Assembly: GCA_016177405.1 (NCBI GenBank)
Contig: JACOVG010000003.1
Location: forward strand, 32,050-96,049
Length of the DNA: 64,000 bases
Direction: 5' to 3'
From: Candidatus Omnitrophota bacterium
Lineage (GTDB): Bacteria > Omnitrophota > Gorgyraeia > 1-14-0-20-64-10
Each line of letters begins with the position of its first letter. Within the stretch, counting starts at the first letter, position 1. The position numbers were made by a program, and so were the translations under genes. The notes beneath the pieces were generated by a model. That model was not told where the DNA came from and did not search any database. It saw only the letters and a list, made by a program, of their open reading frames with translations. Below are positions 49,377 through 62,700 of the stretch, in pieces.

Positions 49377-50179
49377 CGCTGGGTGTCATCGGCTGCGGGA
49401 ACATGGGCCGCGCCCTGATTCAGGGGGTGGTCAAAAGCCGCCGGATGAGTCCCCGGCGGCTCATCGGCTGGGACCCTGACCAGGCCCGGTTGAGGGCCAT
49501 CGTCCGATCGAACGGGATCGTGCGGGCCTCTTCGAACCTTGATCTGACCCGCCGGGCGAAGGCCGTTTTGCTGGCGGTCAAGCCGCAGCAGATGGACCAG
49601 GTCTTGCGCGAGATCCGGCCCGGGGCCAAGCGGGGCAAGCTCGTCATCTCCATCGCCGCGGGGGTTCCCATCCGCCGGATTCAGAGGGCGCTGGGACCCG
49701 GGGCGCGGGTGATCCGGGTGATGCCCAACACCCCGGCCCTGGTGGGCCAGGGAATGGCCGGAATCTCGGCCGGGCGCGGGGTGACCCGGGCCGACCTCCG
49801 TTTCGCCCGGAGGATCTTCGAGGCGGCGGGGCAGGCCATCGAGATTCCGGAGGCCTGGATGGACGCGGTGACCGCCCTAAGCGGTTCCGGACCGGCTTAC
49901 TTCTTTTTCCTGATGGAGGCGATGATCGAGGCGGGGGTGAAGCTCGGTCTTTCCCGCCAAGCGGCCCAGCGATTGGTGAAGGCCACGGCGGCGGGGGCCG
50001 CTGCCCTGGCCCTGGCCGGCCCCCAGCCGCCCCGGAAGCTCCGCCGGCAGGTCACCTCCAAGGGAGGGACCACCGAGGCGGCCTTCCGCGTTTTCAAGAA
50101 GAGGGGGCTCGCCGCCATCTTGCGCGCCGGGATCTTCGCCGCCTGCCGCCGGGCCCGGCAGCTTTCCCGGGGGAGGTGA
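49373..50179 (+). CDS. proC: Pyrroline-5-carboxylate reductase
   Basis: LGVIGCGNMGRALIQGV Rossmann motif; P5CR C-terminal dimerisation domain with GGTTEAA. Confidence 0.9.
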   Translation: MTLGVIGCGNMGRALIQGVVKSRRMSPRRLIGWDPDQARLRAIVRSNGIVRASSNLDLTRRAKAVLLAVKPQQMDQVLREIRPGAKRGKLVISIAAGVPIRRIQRALGPGARVIRVMPNTPALVGQGMAGISAGRGVTRADLRFARRIFEAAGQAIEIPEAWMDAVTALSGSGPAYFFFLMEAMIEAGVKLGLSRQAAQRLVKATAAGAAALALAGPQPPRKLRRQVTSKGGTTEAAFRVFKKRGLAAILRAGIFAACRRARQLSRGR

Positions 50180-50186
50180 GCCGGCC

Positions 50187-50483
50187 GTGTTTGTGATGGG
50201 GAATCTCTTTTCGACGGCCGCCTACGTGGTGAACACCGGGCTTACCATCTACACGTGGATGGTCATCCTTCGGGTGCTGGTGAGCTGGGTCTCTCCGGAT
50301 CCCTTCAATCCGATCGTTGTTTTCCTGGGCCGGACAACCGAGCCCTTTTTGGCTCTTTTCAGAAGGGTCATTCCGCCCATCGGCATGATCGACCTGTCGC
50401 CGGTCGTGGCGCTGCTGGTCCTGCAGGCGGCCCAGCACTTCCTGGTGAGGACCCTGCTGGATCTTTCCTTGAGACTTCGGTAG
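50187..50483 (+). CDS. yggT: YggT-family membrane protein
   Basis: 98 aa, two TM helices; VLVSWVSPDPFNPIVVFL...PPIGMIDLSPVVALLVL matches the YggT/Ycf19 family. Confidence 0.7.
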   Translation: MFVMGNLFSTAAYVVNTGLTIYTWMVILRVLVSWVSPDPFNPIVVFLGRTTEPFLALFRRVIPPIGMIDLSPVVALLVLQAAQHFLVRTLLDLSLRLR

Positions 50484-50492
50484 GAGGGCGGC

Positions 50493-51311
50493 ATGAGCTT
50501 ATGGGAGCAGATTCAAGAGGCGGTGGGCGCGATTCGTTCCCGGGTGAATCTGGAGCCCTCGGTGGCGGTGATTTTGGGCACCGGCCTCGGAGGTTTCGGC
50601 GGCGAGATCGAAGGCTCGAAGGCGCTGGCCTATGCCGAGATCCCGCACTTTCCCCGTTCGACGGTGGCCGGGCACAAGGGCCAGCTGGTCTTCGGGCGGG
50701 TGCAGGGCAAACCCGCGGTCGTGATGGAGGGCCGCTTTCACGTCTACGAGGGCTATTCCGCGCAGGAGGTGACCTTCCCCGTGCGGGTGATGAAGGCCCT
50801 GGGGGCCGAAACCCTGGTCGTCTCCAACGCGGCCGGAGGGCTCAACGCCGATTTCTCCGCCGGCGATCTGATGGCGATCACCGACCACGTGAACCTTATG
50901 GGGGTCAATCCCCTGATCGGACCCAACGACGAGCGCCTGGGGGAGCGCTTCCCGGACATGTCCTCGCCTTACGACCCGCGGCTTATGGAAGCGGCCCTCG
51001 CGATCGCCCGGAGGGAAAAGATTCCCCTGCGCCAGGGGGTTTACGCGGCGGTGGCGGGGCCCAACCTGGAGACCAAAGCCGAGTACCGGTTCCTGCGGGG
51101 AATCGGCGCCGACGCGGTGGGGATGTCCACGGTGCCGGAGGTTCTGGCGGCGGTCCACGCCAAGATGCGGGTTTTCGCGGTCAGCTGTATCACCGACCTT
51201 TGCATCCCGGAAACCTTGAAGCCGGCCTCGCTGGAGGAGATCCTGAAGGTGGCGCGAAAGGCGGAGCCCCGCCTGACGGCCCTCATTTCCCGCCTCATCG
51301 AAAAGATCTGA
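50493..51311 (+). CDS. Purine nucleoside phosphorylase (PNP-I family, PunA-like)
   Basis: VAVILGTGLGG...HFPRSTVAGHKGQLVFG...VVMEGRFHVYEGY...MSTVPEV motifs. Confidence 0.8.
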   Translation: MSLWEQIQEAVGAIRSRVNLEPSVAVILGTGLGGFGGEIEGSKALAYAEIPHFPRSTVAGHKGQLVFGRVQGKPAVVMEGRFHVYEGYSAQEVTFPVRVMKALGAETLVVSNAAGGLNADFSAGDLMAITDHVNLMGVNPLIGPNDERLGERFPDMSSPYDPRLMEAALAIARREKIPLRQGVYAAVAGPNLETKAEYRFLRGIGADAVGMSTVPEVLAAVHAKMRVFAVSCITDLCIPETLKPASLEEILKVARKAEPRLTALISRLIEKI

Positions 51312-54142
51312 TGGTTCCACCCGCCGATTACAAGGCCACCCTCAATCTTCCCAAGAGCGCCTTTCCCATGAAGGGGAACCTCCCGGCCACCGAGCCCGCG
51401 ATCCTGGGGCGATGGGAGGCGCAAGGCCTTTACGAAAAGATCCTGGCCCGGCGCCAGGGGGCTCCCGCCTTCATCCTTCACGACGGCCCACCCTACGCCA
51501 ACGGGGACATCCACATGGGGCATGCCCTCAACAAGACCCTCAAGGACTTCATCGTGCGCTTTGAGAACCTGAAGGGACGGCGGGCCCCCTACCTGCCCGG
51601 GTGGGACTGCCACGGCCTGCCCATCGAGTACGCCCTCATGAGGGAGCTCGCGGTCACCAAGCACGAGGTGGACACCGTGGAGTTCCGGCGAAAGGCCAGG
51701 GAATACGCGAAGAAATTCGTCGGGATTCAGCGCGAGCAGTTTAAAAGGCTCGGGGCCATGGGCCAGTGGGAAGATCCGTACCTGACCCTGGCGCCGGGCT
51801 ACGTGCAGGCAGCCCTGACGGTCTTGAAGAGGCTGACCGAGGAGGGCTTTGTCTACCGCGACAGGCGCCCGGTCAACTGGTGCTGGTCCTGCGAGACCGC
51901 CTTGGCCGAGGCCGAGGTGGAGTACGAGAAGCATGCCTCGCCGTCGGTCTACGTGAAGTTCCCGCTGACCGCGGAGTCGGCCAGAAAGCAGGGCGGCATC
52001 GAGCCGGGCGCCGGCCGGGGCACGTACCTCGTGATCTGGACCACCACCCCCTGGACCCTGATGGGCAACACGGCGGTGGCGGTTCATCCGGATTTCGAGT
52101 ATGCCGTCTGCCAGGCCGGCCCCAACGAGGAATGGGTGGTGGCCGCGGATTTGCCGCCGCATTCCGCGCGGGCGCTGGGGTGGGAAAAGAAATCCTTAAA
52201 TATCAAACGGACCCTCCGCGGCAGGGAGCTGGAGGGATGGGCCTATGAGCATCCCTTGGGCATCAGGCAGGGGCGGGTGGTTCTGGCCGATTATGTCACG
52301 CGGGAGGATGGAACCGGGCTCGTTCACACCGCGCCCGGCTTCGGCGCGGAGGACTACCTGACAGGGAAGAAATACGGTTTGGAGGTGCTGGCTCCGGTCG
52401 ATTCCCAGGGCCGTTTTGCCGGCCTGCCGAAAGCGGCCGAACGGTTTAATGGCTGCCAGGTTCAAGAGACCAATCCGGCCGTCATCGAGGAGCTTCGGGA
52501 GCTCGGCGCTCTGGCGGCGCCCGCGGCCCAGGTGGAGCACGACTACCCGCACTGCTGGCGCTGCCATACGCCGATCATCTTCCGGGCCACCGATCAATGG
52601 TTTCTGCGCGTCGAGCACCAGGGCCTGCGCGAGAAGCTCGCGAGGGTCATCGCTTCCTCGGTCCAATGGATCCCGCCCGAGGGCCGGGAGAGGATTCTGG
52701 GAATGGTCAAAACCCGGCCCGATTGGTGCCTCTCCCGACAGCGGTTGTGGGGGATCCCGGTCCCCGCCCTGGAATGCGTTTCCTGCGGCGAGGGGCTCCT
52801 GCACCCGGAGGTGATCGAGCGCTTCGCCGCCGCCATCGGCAGCGACCCGGAGGGTTCGGACCGGTGGTTCACCGAACCCGTCAGCCGGTGGCTGCCCCAG
52901 GGGCTGGCCTGCTCCAAGTGTAAGAGGAGGGAATTCAAGGCCGGCCGGGACATCCTGGACGTCTGGTTCGATTCTGGCGTCAGCCACGAGGCGGTCCTGG
53001 CCCGGCGCGAGGGGCTTTCGCGGCCGGCCGACCTTTACCTGGAGGGGTCCGACCAGCACCGGGGATGGTTTCAGGTGTCGCTGATCACGGCGGTCGCCTT
53101 GAACGGCCAGGCCCCCTACCGGGGGGTCCTGACCCACGGTTTTGTGGTGGACGGCCAAGGGCGGAAGATGTCCAAATCCCTGGGCAACGTCATGGCCCCC
53201 CAGGAGGTGGTTTCCTCGCTGGGGGCCGATGTCCTGCGGCTGTGGGCGGCCTCTTCCGATTACCGGGAGGACATCCGGCTTTCTCCCGTGATCTTGAATC
53301 AGGCGGCGGAGGTCTACCGGAAGATCCGGAACACCCTGCGCTTCGCTCTTTCCAACCTGTCCGACTTCAACCCGTCGGATCTGGTCCCTTTTGAGAGAAT
53401 GGAGGGCTTGGACCGCTGGCTGATGATTCAGCTTCGGCGCGTGACCGAAGAGGCGACGCGGGACTACGAGACCTTCTCCTTTCACAAGGTGGTCAAGGCG
53501 ATCCATGAGTTCTGCACCGTCACCTTGTCGAACTTCTATCTGGACGTCGTGAAGGACTGTCTCTACACCGAGGCCTCGGCCGATTCCAAGCGCCGCTCGG
53601 TTCAATCGGCCCTCTGGCGCGCCAGCGAGACCCTCCTCCTGCTTTTGGCCCCCCTGATTCCCATGACGGCGGAGGAGGCTTGGGGGGCCCTGCCCGGCAA
53701 GGGCGAGTCGATTCACCTGCAGGACTGGCCCGATCCCAAGAACCTGCCGGAGGATCCGAATCTGGAGCGGCAGTGGCAGCGGCTGCTCGCCTTGAGGGAC
53801 CAGGCGATGAAGGCTCTGGAGGAGGCCCGCTCCCAGGGGCTGATCGGCGATTCGCTTCAGGCGCGCCTGACCTTGAAGGTGGAGGAAGAGGGGCTTTGGG
53901 ATTTCCTGAAGGGCAGGGAGGAGGACCTTAAGCTGGCGTGCCTGGTGTCGGATCTGCGCCTGGTGAAGGAGAAGGGCTTGGGGGCGCCGTGCCGGATGGA
54001 GATTGCCAAGGCGGAGGGGACCAAATGCCAGCGTTGCTGGAGGTATGAGGCCACGGTGGGCTCCTCAAAGGCGCACCCGGGCCTTTGCCGGCGCTGTCTG
54101 ACGGTCGTCGAGAAACTGCTTTGCGGTGGCAGTACTGGCTGA
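51311..54142 (+). CDS. ileS: Isoleucyl-tRNA synthetase (type 1, C-terminal zinc finger)
   Basis: HMGHALNKTLKD (HIGH), KMSKSLGN, C-terminal CQRCWRY...CRRC. ATG 51311 overlaps the PNP stop; the track ORF 50255 is a 352-codon in-frame extension. Confidence 0.95.
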   Translation: MVPPADYKATLNLPKSAFPMKGNLPATEPAILGRWEAQGLYEKILARRQGAPAFILHDGPPYANGDIHMGHALNKTLKDFIVRFENLKGRRAPYLPGWDCHGLPIEYALMRELAVTKHEVDTVEFRRKAREYAKKFVGIQREQFKRLGAMGQWEDPYLTLAPGYVQAALTVLKRLTEEGFVYRDRRPVNWCWSCETALAEAEVEYEKHASPSVYVKFPLTAESARKQGGIEPGAGRGTYLVIWTTTPWTLMGNTAVAVHPDFEYAVCQAGPNEEWVVAADLPPHSARALGWEKKSLNIKRTLRGRELEGWAYEHPLGIRQGRVVLADYVTREDGTGLVHTAPGFGAEDYLTGKKYGLEVLAPVDSQGRFAGLPKAAERFNGCQVQETNPAVIEELRELGALAAPAAQVEHDYPHCWRCHTPIIFRATDQWFLRVEHQGLREKLARVIASSVQWIPPEGRERILGMVKTRPDWCLSRQRLWGIPVPALECVSCGEGLLHPEVIERFAAAIGSDPEGSDRWFTEPVSRWLPQGLACSKCKRREFKAGRDILDVWFDSGVSHEAVLARREGLSRPADLYLEGSDQHRGWFQVSLITAVALNGQAPYRGVLTHGFVVDGQGRKMSKSLGNVMAPQEVVSSLGADVLRLWAASSDYREDIRLSPVILNQAAEVYRKIRNTLRFALSNLSDFNPSDLVPFERMEGLDRWLMIQLRRVTEEATRDYETFSFHKVVKAIHEFCTVTLSNFYLDVVKDCLYTEASADSKRRSVQSALWRASETLLLLLAPLIPMTAEEAWGALPGKGESIHLQDWPDPKNLPEDPNLERQWQRLLALRDQAMKALEEARSQGLIGDSLQARLTLKVEEEGLWDFLKGREEDLKLACLVSDLRLVKEKGLGAPCRMEIAKAEGTKCQRCWRYEATVGSSKAHPGLCRRCLTVVEKLLCGGSTG

Positions 54143-54164
54143 TATAATTTAACCTCTTACGAAG

Positions 54165-54569
54165 ATGACAAAACCCGATTTGGCCCGATACAAAAAGCTC
54201 CTCTTGAAGAAGAAGGAGGAGGTCCTTCAGGCGATGAAGCACATCGCGAAGGACACCCTAAGCCAGTCCCAGCGGGAGGCGTCCGGAGACCTTTCCGGCT
54301 ACACCTTCCACATGGCCGATACCGCCACCGACAGCTACGACCGGGAATTCTCCCTGGGGCTGGCCACGAACGCCCAGAAGATCCTCTACGAGATCGAAGA
54401 GGCGCTCAAGAGGGTCAAGGAGAAGGGGTTCGGCAGCTGCTTGACCTGCGGCAAGGCCATCAACCGCAAGCGCTTGACCGCCATTCCGTACGCCAGCCTT
54501 TGCATCGCTTGCCAGGCCGTTGAGGAGACCAAGCGCCGGGCCTCCGGACCTCCGGCCGAATCGGCCTAG
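54165..54569 (+). CDS. DksA/TraR-family C4 zinc-finger protein
   Basis: N-terminal coiled-coil; C-terminal CLTCGKAINRKRLTAIPYASLCIACQ four-Cys finger. Confidence 0.75.
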   Translation: MTKPDLARYKKLLLKKKEEVLQAMKHIAKDTLSQSQREASGDLSGYTFHMADTATDSYDREFSLGLATNAQKILYEIEEALKRVKEKGFGSCLTCGKAINRKRLTAIPYASLCIACQAVEETKRRASGPPAESA

Positions 54570-54578
54570 CGGCCTCCT

Positions 54579-55019
54579 TTGCCCTTTTACATCCTGGGCT
54601 TGGCCTTGGGGGTGGTCTTGGCGGATCAGATCACCAAGGCCTGGGCCCTGCAAGCCTTGTCGGAGCTTCCCACCCGGCCGATCGTGCCGGGGATCTTCCA
54701 CCTGACCCTCATCCAGAATCCCGGGGTGGCCTTCGGGTTGTTCAGCGGCCAGCCCCTCCCGGTGGCGCTGGGCACGACCGGGATTCTCTTTTGGCTCATC
54801 TGGTCATCCCTGAAGAACCGCCACACCGAGGGGGCGAGCAGCGCCCTGCCGCTGGGGCTCATCTTGGGGGGCGCCATGGGCAACCTGATGGACCGGATCC
54901 GGCTGGGCGGCGTGGTGGACTTCTTGGACTTCAGGATCTGGCCGGTCTTCAATGTGGCCGATAGCTGCATCACGATCGGCGCCGCCCTCATGGCCTTAAG
55001 CCTTATCAGGAAGAAATAG
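54579..55019 (+). CDS. lspA: Lipoprotein signal peptidase (signal peptidase II)
   Basis: TTG start; NPGVAFGL and FNVADSCITIGA catalytic motifs; ileS-lspA linkage. Confidence 0.9.
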   Translation: MPFYILGLALGVVLADQITKAWALQALSELPTRPIVPGIFHLTLIQNPGVAFGLFSGQPLPVALGTTGILFWLIWSSLKNRHTEGASSALPLGLILGGAMGNLMDRIRLGGVVDFLDFRIWPVFNVADSCITIGAALMALSLIRKK

Positions 55020-55023
55020 CCCG

Positions 55024-55754
55024 ATGCACCCCGTTCTCTTTCAATGGGGGCCGCTTACCCTCCACAGCTACGGCCTGATGCTGGCGATCGGATTTTTAAG
55101 CGCCCTTCAACTGGCCCTCCGGCGCGCCAGAGAGCTTTCGATCGACCCGGCGGTGGTTCAAAATCTGGCCTTCCTTGTCCTGGGCTTCGGGATCGCCGGG
55201 GCCCGCGCCGCCTACGTTCTTCTTTTCTGGGAGATGTTCCGGGGCAATCCCCTGGAGATCCTCCGGCTGGATCACGGAGGGTTGATTTTCTACGGCGGGC
55301 TGGCGCTCGGGGTCCCGGCGGGGCTTGTTTACCTGAAGGGAAAGGGGCTTTTGAGCTGGCGGATGGTGGACCTGGTGATTCCGCCGCTTACGCTGGCGCA
55401 CGCGATCGGCCGCGTCGGCTGTTTCTTAAACGGCTGTTGTTACGGCGAGCCCTTCCTGGGCCCCTGGGCGGTTGTTTTTCCACCGGAGGGGATCCCGCGC
55501 CACCCCACCCAGCTTTACGAGAGCGGCTTTCTGCTTATCCTGTTTTTGGGTCTCAAGCGGCTGGAAAGAAGCGGCCCCCGGCCGGGGGCGGTCGCCCTGA
55601 CCTACGGTTTCCTCTATGGGGCCTGGCGTTTCGGGGTGGAGTTCCTTCGCGGGGACAACGCCAGGGGGGCCTGGGGGCTGACGGCCTTCCAATGGGCAAG
55701 CGTTCCGTTGATCGTCCTCTGCGGATGGATGCTGGCAAGGCGAGTCATGAGAGG

Positions 55755-55758
<4 letters not shown>
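55024..55758 (+). CDS. lgt: Phosphatidylglycerol--prolipoprotein diacylglyceryl transferase
   Basis: GPLTLHSYGLMLAIGF N-terminus; Lgt signature HAIGRVGCFLNGCCYGEP. Confidence 0.9.
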
Positions 55759-56666
<908 letters not shown>

Positions 56667-56715
56667 AAAATATCATCTCCTTGCATTGATTTCGCGCCCC
56701 TTACAGGGTAACCTT

Positions 56716-59700
56716 ATGGTTGATATCCCGATGACAGATAACCCGATGGCACCCGGAAAGTTTTTTATTTTGCGCCGTTTCTTAGCCCTTTGGCTAATCC
56801 TGGGCCTCGCCCTGCCCAATTCCGCTTCGGCCCTTCGTCCGCAGAATGCCGGAATGGAAGAGGGCTCCGCCACCAACTCCCAATTGGAGCGCGTCCTCCG
56901 AGGCACATCGGTCCTTCCCGCTGTTTCCCCCGGCGCCGGGCTGGAGGAGGGGCGGGCTTCAAGGGCGACGAGTCTTCGCGCTTTTCTCAACCAACACTTC
57001 AAAACTGATGACAAGAGAGATTTGGTATACCGAATGCGCGCTCTCCTCGAACACTCGTCTGAAGCTACGGATTACCAATCATTCCTGAAAGATCTGGCAG
57101 GGATTGCCATAGTTTTGGGCCACGGGAGTAGTCTGGATCCCGCTTCGATCGAATTTTCCAATGACTTTGAGAGATGGCTGAACTCCCTAGATGAACAACG
57201 TCGGAACCCTGGTGAAGAAGATTCCTATGGTGTCTGGGAAAGAGATTCCCTCAGGTTCCTCCAGGCACTAGGGCCGACGTTAGAGATATTTGCAAAAGGC
57301 GAGGGAAGCCAAAGGGCCGATTTTGCAAGTGTCGCGTCTCAATTTAAGCTGTCCGAAGAGGAGCTTCAGGAGCTTGTCAACCGCGTCCAAGCGGCCATCA
57401 GATACGATGCCGCCAAGCCCGACGCTGGGCTGGAGGAGGAACTTCTTAAACTTGCCAAAGAGCTGGAGGGAAGGCTTCTGGAGCAGGTGGAGAAGGAGCC
57501 GAAGCTTGAGGGGTTGCGCGAGAACCTCAAGGAGTGGGGCATAAATTTAAAGGACACGACGGTTCTCCTCGGAATTCACCTGGGCGCGAACGTTCTAGGA
57601 TCTAGTTCTCCGCCCATGCTGAATCATCTCTTGAACGAATTTGGGCCGGTCCGCAAGGCCTTGGGGGATCGGAAGATTGTGCATCTGCCATTTAACGTGC
57701 CGGGAACTCCCAACCCGAGCGATCCGCTAAGCGATATCCAGAAAATCCTTCCTGCCATTTTGAAAAATCCCAGGTTCGCTCTGGCAACCTTCACCGAGCC
57801 CCACAAGGGGGTCCCGGTTCAATTGGACTGGGTTAATGAGCGGGAAGAAGAGACCGGGTCTAACCCCTCCGTGACCTTCGTCTTGCTTGAGCGAGACCCC
57901 AAGGGACAGGTTAAGACGGTTGGAATGAACGGCGACGGCCCCGCCTTTTTGATCGAGGTCGAGAGGGCGTGGGGCCCCCAGGGGGGCCAGCAAGGCGGGG
58001 TGGCTGGTAAGAATGTTGTTCTGGGTGCTGGCGGCTTGGGGATCTCGCTGGTTTCAACGATGCTCAATCTTCCCCCTGCGGATCGACCGGCCAGGATCGT
58101 TCTAACGGAGGTTCCGGGTAAGCTTGCCAAGGCCAAAGAGACCCTAGAAGAGCTTCTCTCGGCGCCTGAGCTGAAGCTTTCAGACGCACAAAAGGCGCAG
58201 GTCATCCTTCTCTCCGCCACAGACCCTAACGTCACGCTAGAAATCAAACAGGCGGACTGGCTGGTGGACGCCACGGGTCTTGGCACAGATCCTCTGAAGC
58301 CCGAGGAGACGCCTCTGCCAGATCCCTCGGTTTTCTCTCAGATGAAACCGGACGCCAATATTTTGCAGGCACCCTATCGGGACAAGGAGGGTAGGCCGGT
58401 ACTAACCCGATTGATCCGCGATGCCTATTCCCAAGGGATTCCCACCCATCGGCTTCACAACGGGTTGAGACTGGCCGCCCGCAGTGCTGCCCTAGAGGTT
58501 GCCTGGCTGGTCAAGCGGCTTACCGGCAAGGAGATTGACGTGGAGATGCTGTATCAAGAGACCTGCAGGTATATCCACGATGACCTTGGCATGAGAGAGG
58601 CAAAAGAACTCCTCCGGTCGCTTCCCTCCCACCAGGCCGGTTTGGAGGAGGGATGGCCCGGCCGCGTTGCCTACAAATTGCTCGGTCTGGTTGTGGAGGA
58701 TCCTCACGCTTGGGTCAAGGGGCTTCGCCGCCAGCATCTGGAGCGACAGCTTAAACACCGGGATCCAACTGTCAGACGTGACGCTGCCTCTGCCCTTGGC
58801 GAGATGAAGGATCTCCGAACTATCCCTGCCCTTATTAAAGCCCTGAAAAACCCCGATCCATTTGTCCGTCGCATCGCTGCCAATGTTCTTAAAAAGATGC
58901 ACCGGGATCCTCAAGTTGGCTCTGCCCTTCTTATTGAAGCCCTGAAAGATCCCGATCCAGATATCCGCAAGGGCATTGCCTTTGTCCTTGGCAGTATTAT
59001 AAGAGACCGCCAATCTATCCCCACTCTCATCAAAGTCCTGAAAGAAGACGGCGACTCAGGTGTACGAGAATCCGCTGCCTATGCCCTTCTAGAGATTACT
59101 GGGGTTCGCGTATTGCATTATGCGTACAACCCCTACAGCGCTGGGAGTAAAACCGTTGTTTCCCAAGCACCCCCTAAGTACCCAGAAGCCGTCACCCTCC
59201 TACAGTCCGCAGCAAGAGAGACTCAAGATCCTGCTGTTCGGTTTACCATTTCCTGGATCCTCGAACAGTTCCAACCCAATGGGCTTAAGCAGGGGGCAAA
59301 GCTTATTACAGATGTACTTTCCAATGCCCAGAAGGAAAGGTTCGAAAACCTGCCTGGGGTCTCTGTGCGGGACCATTCTTGGATGAAACGAAAAGTTAAC
59401 CAAATCGTCTTTCCCCCCTTTGGAGATTGGGCACCTCTTCAGGAACTCTTGAAAACGTCAGGCATCAATCCCTACGCGACCCGCCTTCAATTAACGAGCA
59501 GCGCCTGGCTGGAGGGCGACCGGGTCAAATATGGAACCATCCTTGTTCTGCTGGCCAGAGCCACCCCGGTTCTGTGGCATGCCTCCTATTTCCGTGCCGA
59601 TGTGAGGGCGCATGACATTCCCCCCATCGTTGGCCCTGTGCTTGCAGGGGCCACCGGGGGACCCCGCGTGTATCGCACCGACCGCCTCATCGGCCACCTG

Positions 59701-62700
59701 GGTCATTTCGAGGAGATGAAGGCCTTCTTCCTTTTGGACTGGGCCCAGTCCCAGCTTCAGCGTCGGCAGGCAGGTAAGGAGCCGTTAATCCCATTCGAAA
59801 AAGAAGCTGCCGACCTTTATCAAATTCTTCCAGGTGTTCTGCAGGGGGTCTTTCTAGGCAAACGCATTTCCCGCCAAGGGGTGGATCAATTTATTAAGAT
59901 TGGAGAGAGATACAAGATTCCGCCTCTTAACAATGAGGACCTCAAGGCCCTCAACCAACTCTTTGTCGGAAAGGATTCTCTCTCCCTAGAGGACATCCTC
60001 CAACCTGTCTGGCGGCTCAGTAAACCCAATGAGCATGACCGTTTTGAACCTGACGCCGAGGAAAATGCCCGGGCCTGGATGGCCCTTCTGGTCCTTGAGG
60101 CCATGAAAGTGAGATACCCCGACCTTCAGAAAAAAGCGGCCGATCAACTCGAGGAAATCCTCGGAAAACTCCTAATCCTCTACCTCCATTCCTCTACAAG
60201 CCCCTCGGCCCTTCCACAAGCTCCTGGTACCCCCGCCGGGCTGGAGGAGGGGAAGATTGACCCGGCGGTGAGGGGAGCGCTCCGCGACGCGTTTGCGGGT
60301 GAGGAGATGGACGTTTCGGCGCGAGCCAATATCCTTGGCGATCAATTTCTTTCGCTTGAACCAACCCAGAAGAAGGAGCTTCTCTCTTGGCTCATCCTGT
60401 TGGGGTACTCGAAGCCAGAGGCAAGTGAAGTATTTGCCGAGATGCTGATTAACCCGTCGTCACCTCAACTGCCTGAAGCCATCCTGGAGGTAATCCTGTC
60501 GGATATCTCCGACTCTATGCTCGTGGCGGCGGCTCAACCCTCCGGCAAGGCGTTTGAGACGACGCTGCCCTACCACGTGGGAGATCTTGTTTATGCCATC
60601 CATCCGGATGAAAAGAGAGAAGCGGCGGAGAAGGTCATGCTGCTTGAGATGACGAGGAAGAGTAAGAAGAAGGATTCCCGTTTCTATGTGCTAGGCAGCC
60701 ATATTCTGCTTAATCGGCTCTCACATTTACATACCGTTGAAACGTCACGGCGCCAATGGTTTGATCAAGCCATCTATGTTCTGCCCGGCCTTTTGTCGGA
60801 AGCGATCCTTCAATGGAGGGGCCAGCTTTACTTAATGGCAACTGAATCCTACCGTTCTTATCTTCACAGTGGAGTGCCCCTCTTGCCCCATATGCAGATC
60901 TTTTCTATCCTCTCTATGCTGGAGAGCACCTTGTTGCAACATCAAAGCTTCTTGGAGGCGGGTCGGCTTTCGCTCGATCTGTCGGTAGATCCAGAGACAC
61001 GTGCGCTCAGCGTAAGATTAATCGAGGAGAAAAGAGAGGCCCTTAAGACGGACTTCTCAAGAATGGATGGTTATTTTTCTACCCTTGCGGAAGAGGTCGA
61101 AACCTACCTGACTCAAAACCTAAAAAACCGAGGCAGCATTCATCTGAAACGGGAGCTGTTGGGCTTTTTGGTGAGGATGGATGAACGTTATATAGACCTG
61201 TTGAGGGCCGTAGGAAAGAGCCCCGAAGGGATTTCTCCCTTTCAGGAGAGGATCAGCCAGAGGCAGGCAGAAATCGAACAGATAGACCAAAAGGTGCTGC
61301 AGGTTCTAGGCCTCGCCGCTGGGCTGGAGGAGGTGGAGCCGAACGAGACGCTCCTTATCCGCTGGCTTAATATGCATGAAGCCTTGTTGAATGAGAAGTC
61401 CAACAATAAAGATAGCCTCTCACAGGCCAATGAACTTCAGGCCCAGTTGTTTGCTCGAACGACAAGTTTGGAGGCAGGGATGGGCTTGCTCCGCTACATC
61501 CACAATCACCTGCTTTTGGGCAATTTTTTGTTGATGAATAATTATCGTCAGCGCCAAGCGATAGGGGATCGTTTGGTGGACGTGGTGCTTCAGATAGCAG
61601 AAAACCATAAAAACGATATCCCCTTATTGGAACAGGCCGAAGTGGTCAGCAAGGCACTCCAAGTAACGTTATGGTCTGGACAGTCTATACATATACGCGC
61701 CATGACTACGAGAATGGTAATTCAAACTTTACTGAAAAACGCTAGGGAGACTGAACAGGAGCCGCCGCCCGACGCCGGGCTGGAGGAGTGGGGTGCGGAT
61801 GTGTGGGATCGTCTCTACGAAATTGCAGAGGTGCCTGCTGTGAAACAGCTGCTCAAATCCATCCTGTATCCAATCCCGTGGGAAGAGGGATATATTCAAA
61901 TAGAAGCTGCGGATTCGGATATCACCGAAAACTGGGGAAAGATTGTCGAGGCCTTATCGGATAGCAAGGATCTTCAAGAAACGGCCTCCGTTTTTCAGAC
62001 AAAAGTGTTCAAACCTTACCAGATTTACGGGACGCTGCTTTACGACAATGACAAAGAAGAGGGCGTCCTTTTCATCGGAGGCAGCGGTATCGGGAAAACT
62101 GGTCTAGCCGTTTCGGTACTTGACTTCCCCAAACGAGGAGGGAGACCACAAACCGACCGCTGGGATGTGATGGGCGATGACACCCTCATTGGATTCATGG
62201 ATGAGGGGAAGCTTTACGTGGGACACAATCCTTCCGCAGACGTTAATCACCTGAACTACGCCAATGGATACGTCCTTGGTCAATGGGACTTTTCAGAAGG
62301 ATTTGTTCCTGTTGGACGCGTTTTCATCATGACCGAAAGCAATGACAAAGGGGACAAGCAGAGTGTGGGAGATTTTGTTTTGGACTTGATGAGCACCAAA
62401 GAAGAGAAAGCGTTTTTACCTCCGGATATGTTACAGGCGCTCAACACGCTTCCTTCCACGCGCCTGCCTGTCCCAGACCAGGCGGACCTTCAATGGTATA
62501 AGGAGCATGCCAAACCGATTGTGGAGGCATCCGGGCTGGAGGAGGGGGACGCGAAAGAACTGCGGGCGTCATTGTTGGCGCTGTGGGAGGAGATAAGGGG
62601 GCCGGTGGAAGAGATCGACACAAACGCAGGGATGCTCTTAGGTTTCCTGGAAGCAGGCAAAGAGCCTCGCGAATTTGTAAAGCAGGCGGCGGGAAAGACG

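Noticed and set aside
51041-53716. Two long minus-strand ORFs (373 and 506 aa) antisense to ileS
   Set aside because: Antisense to a textbook IleRS; high-GC artefact.
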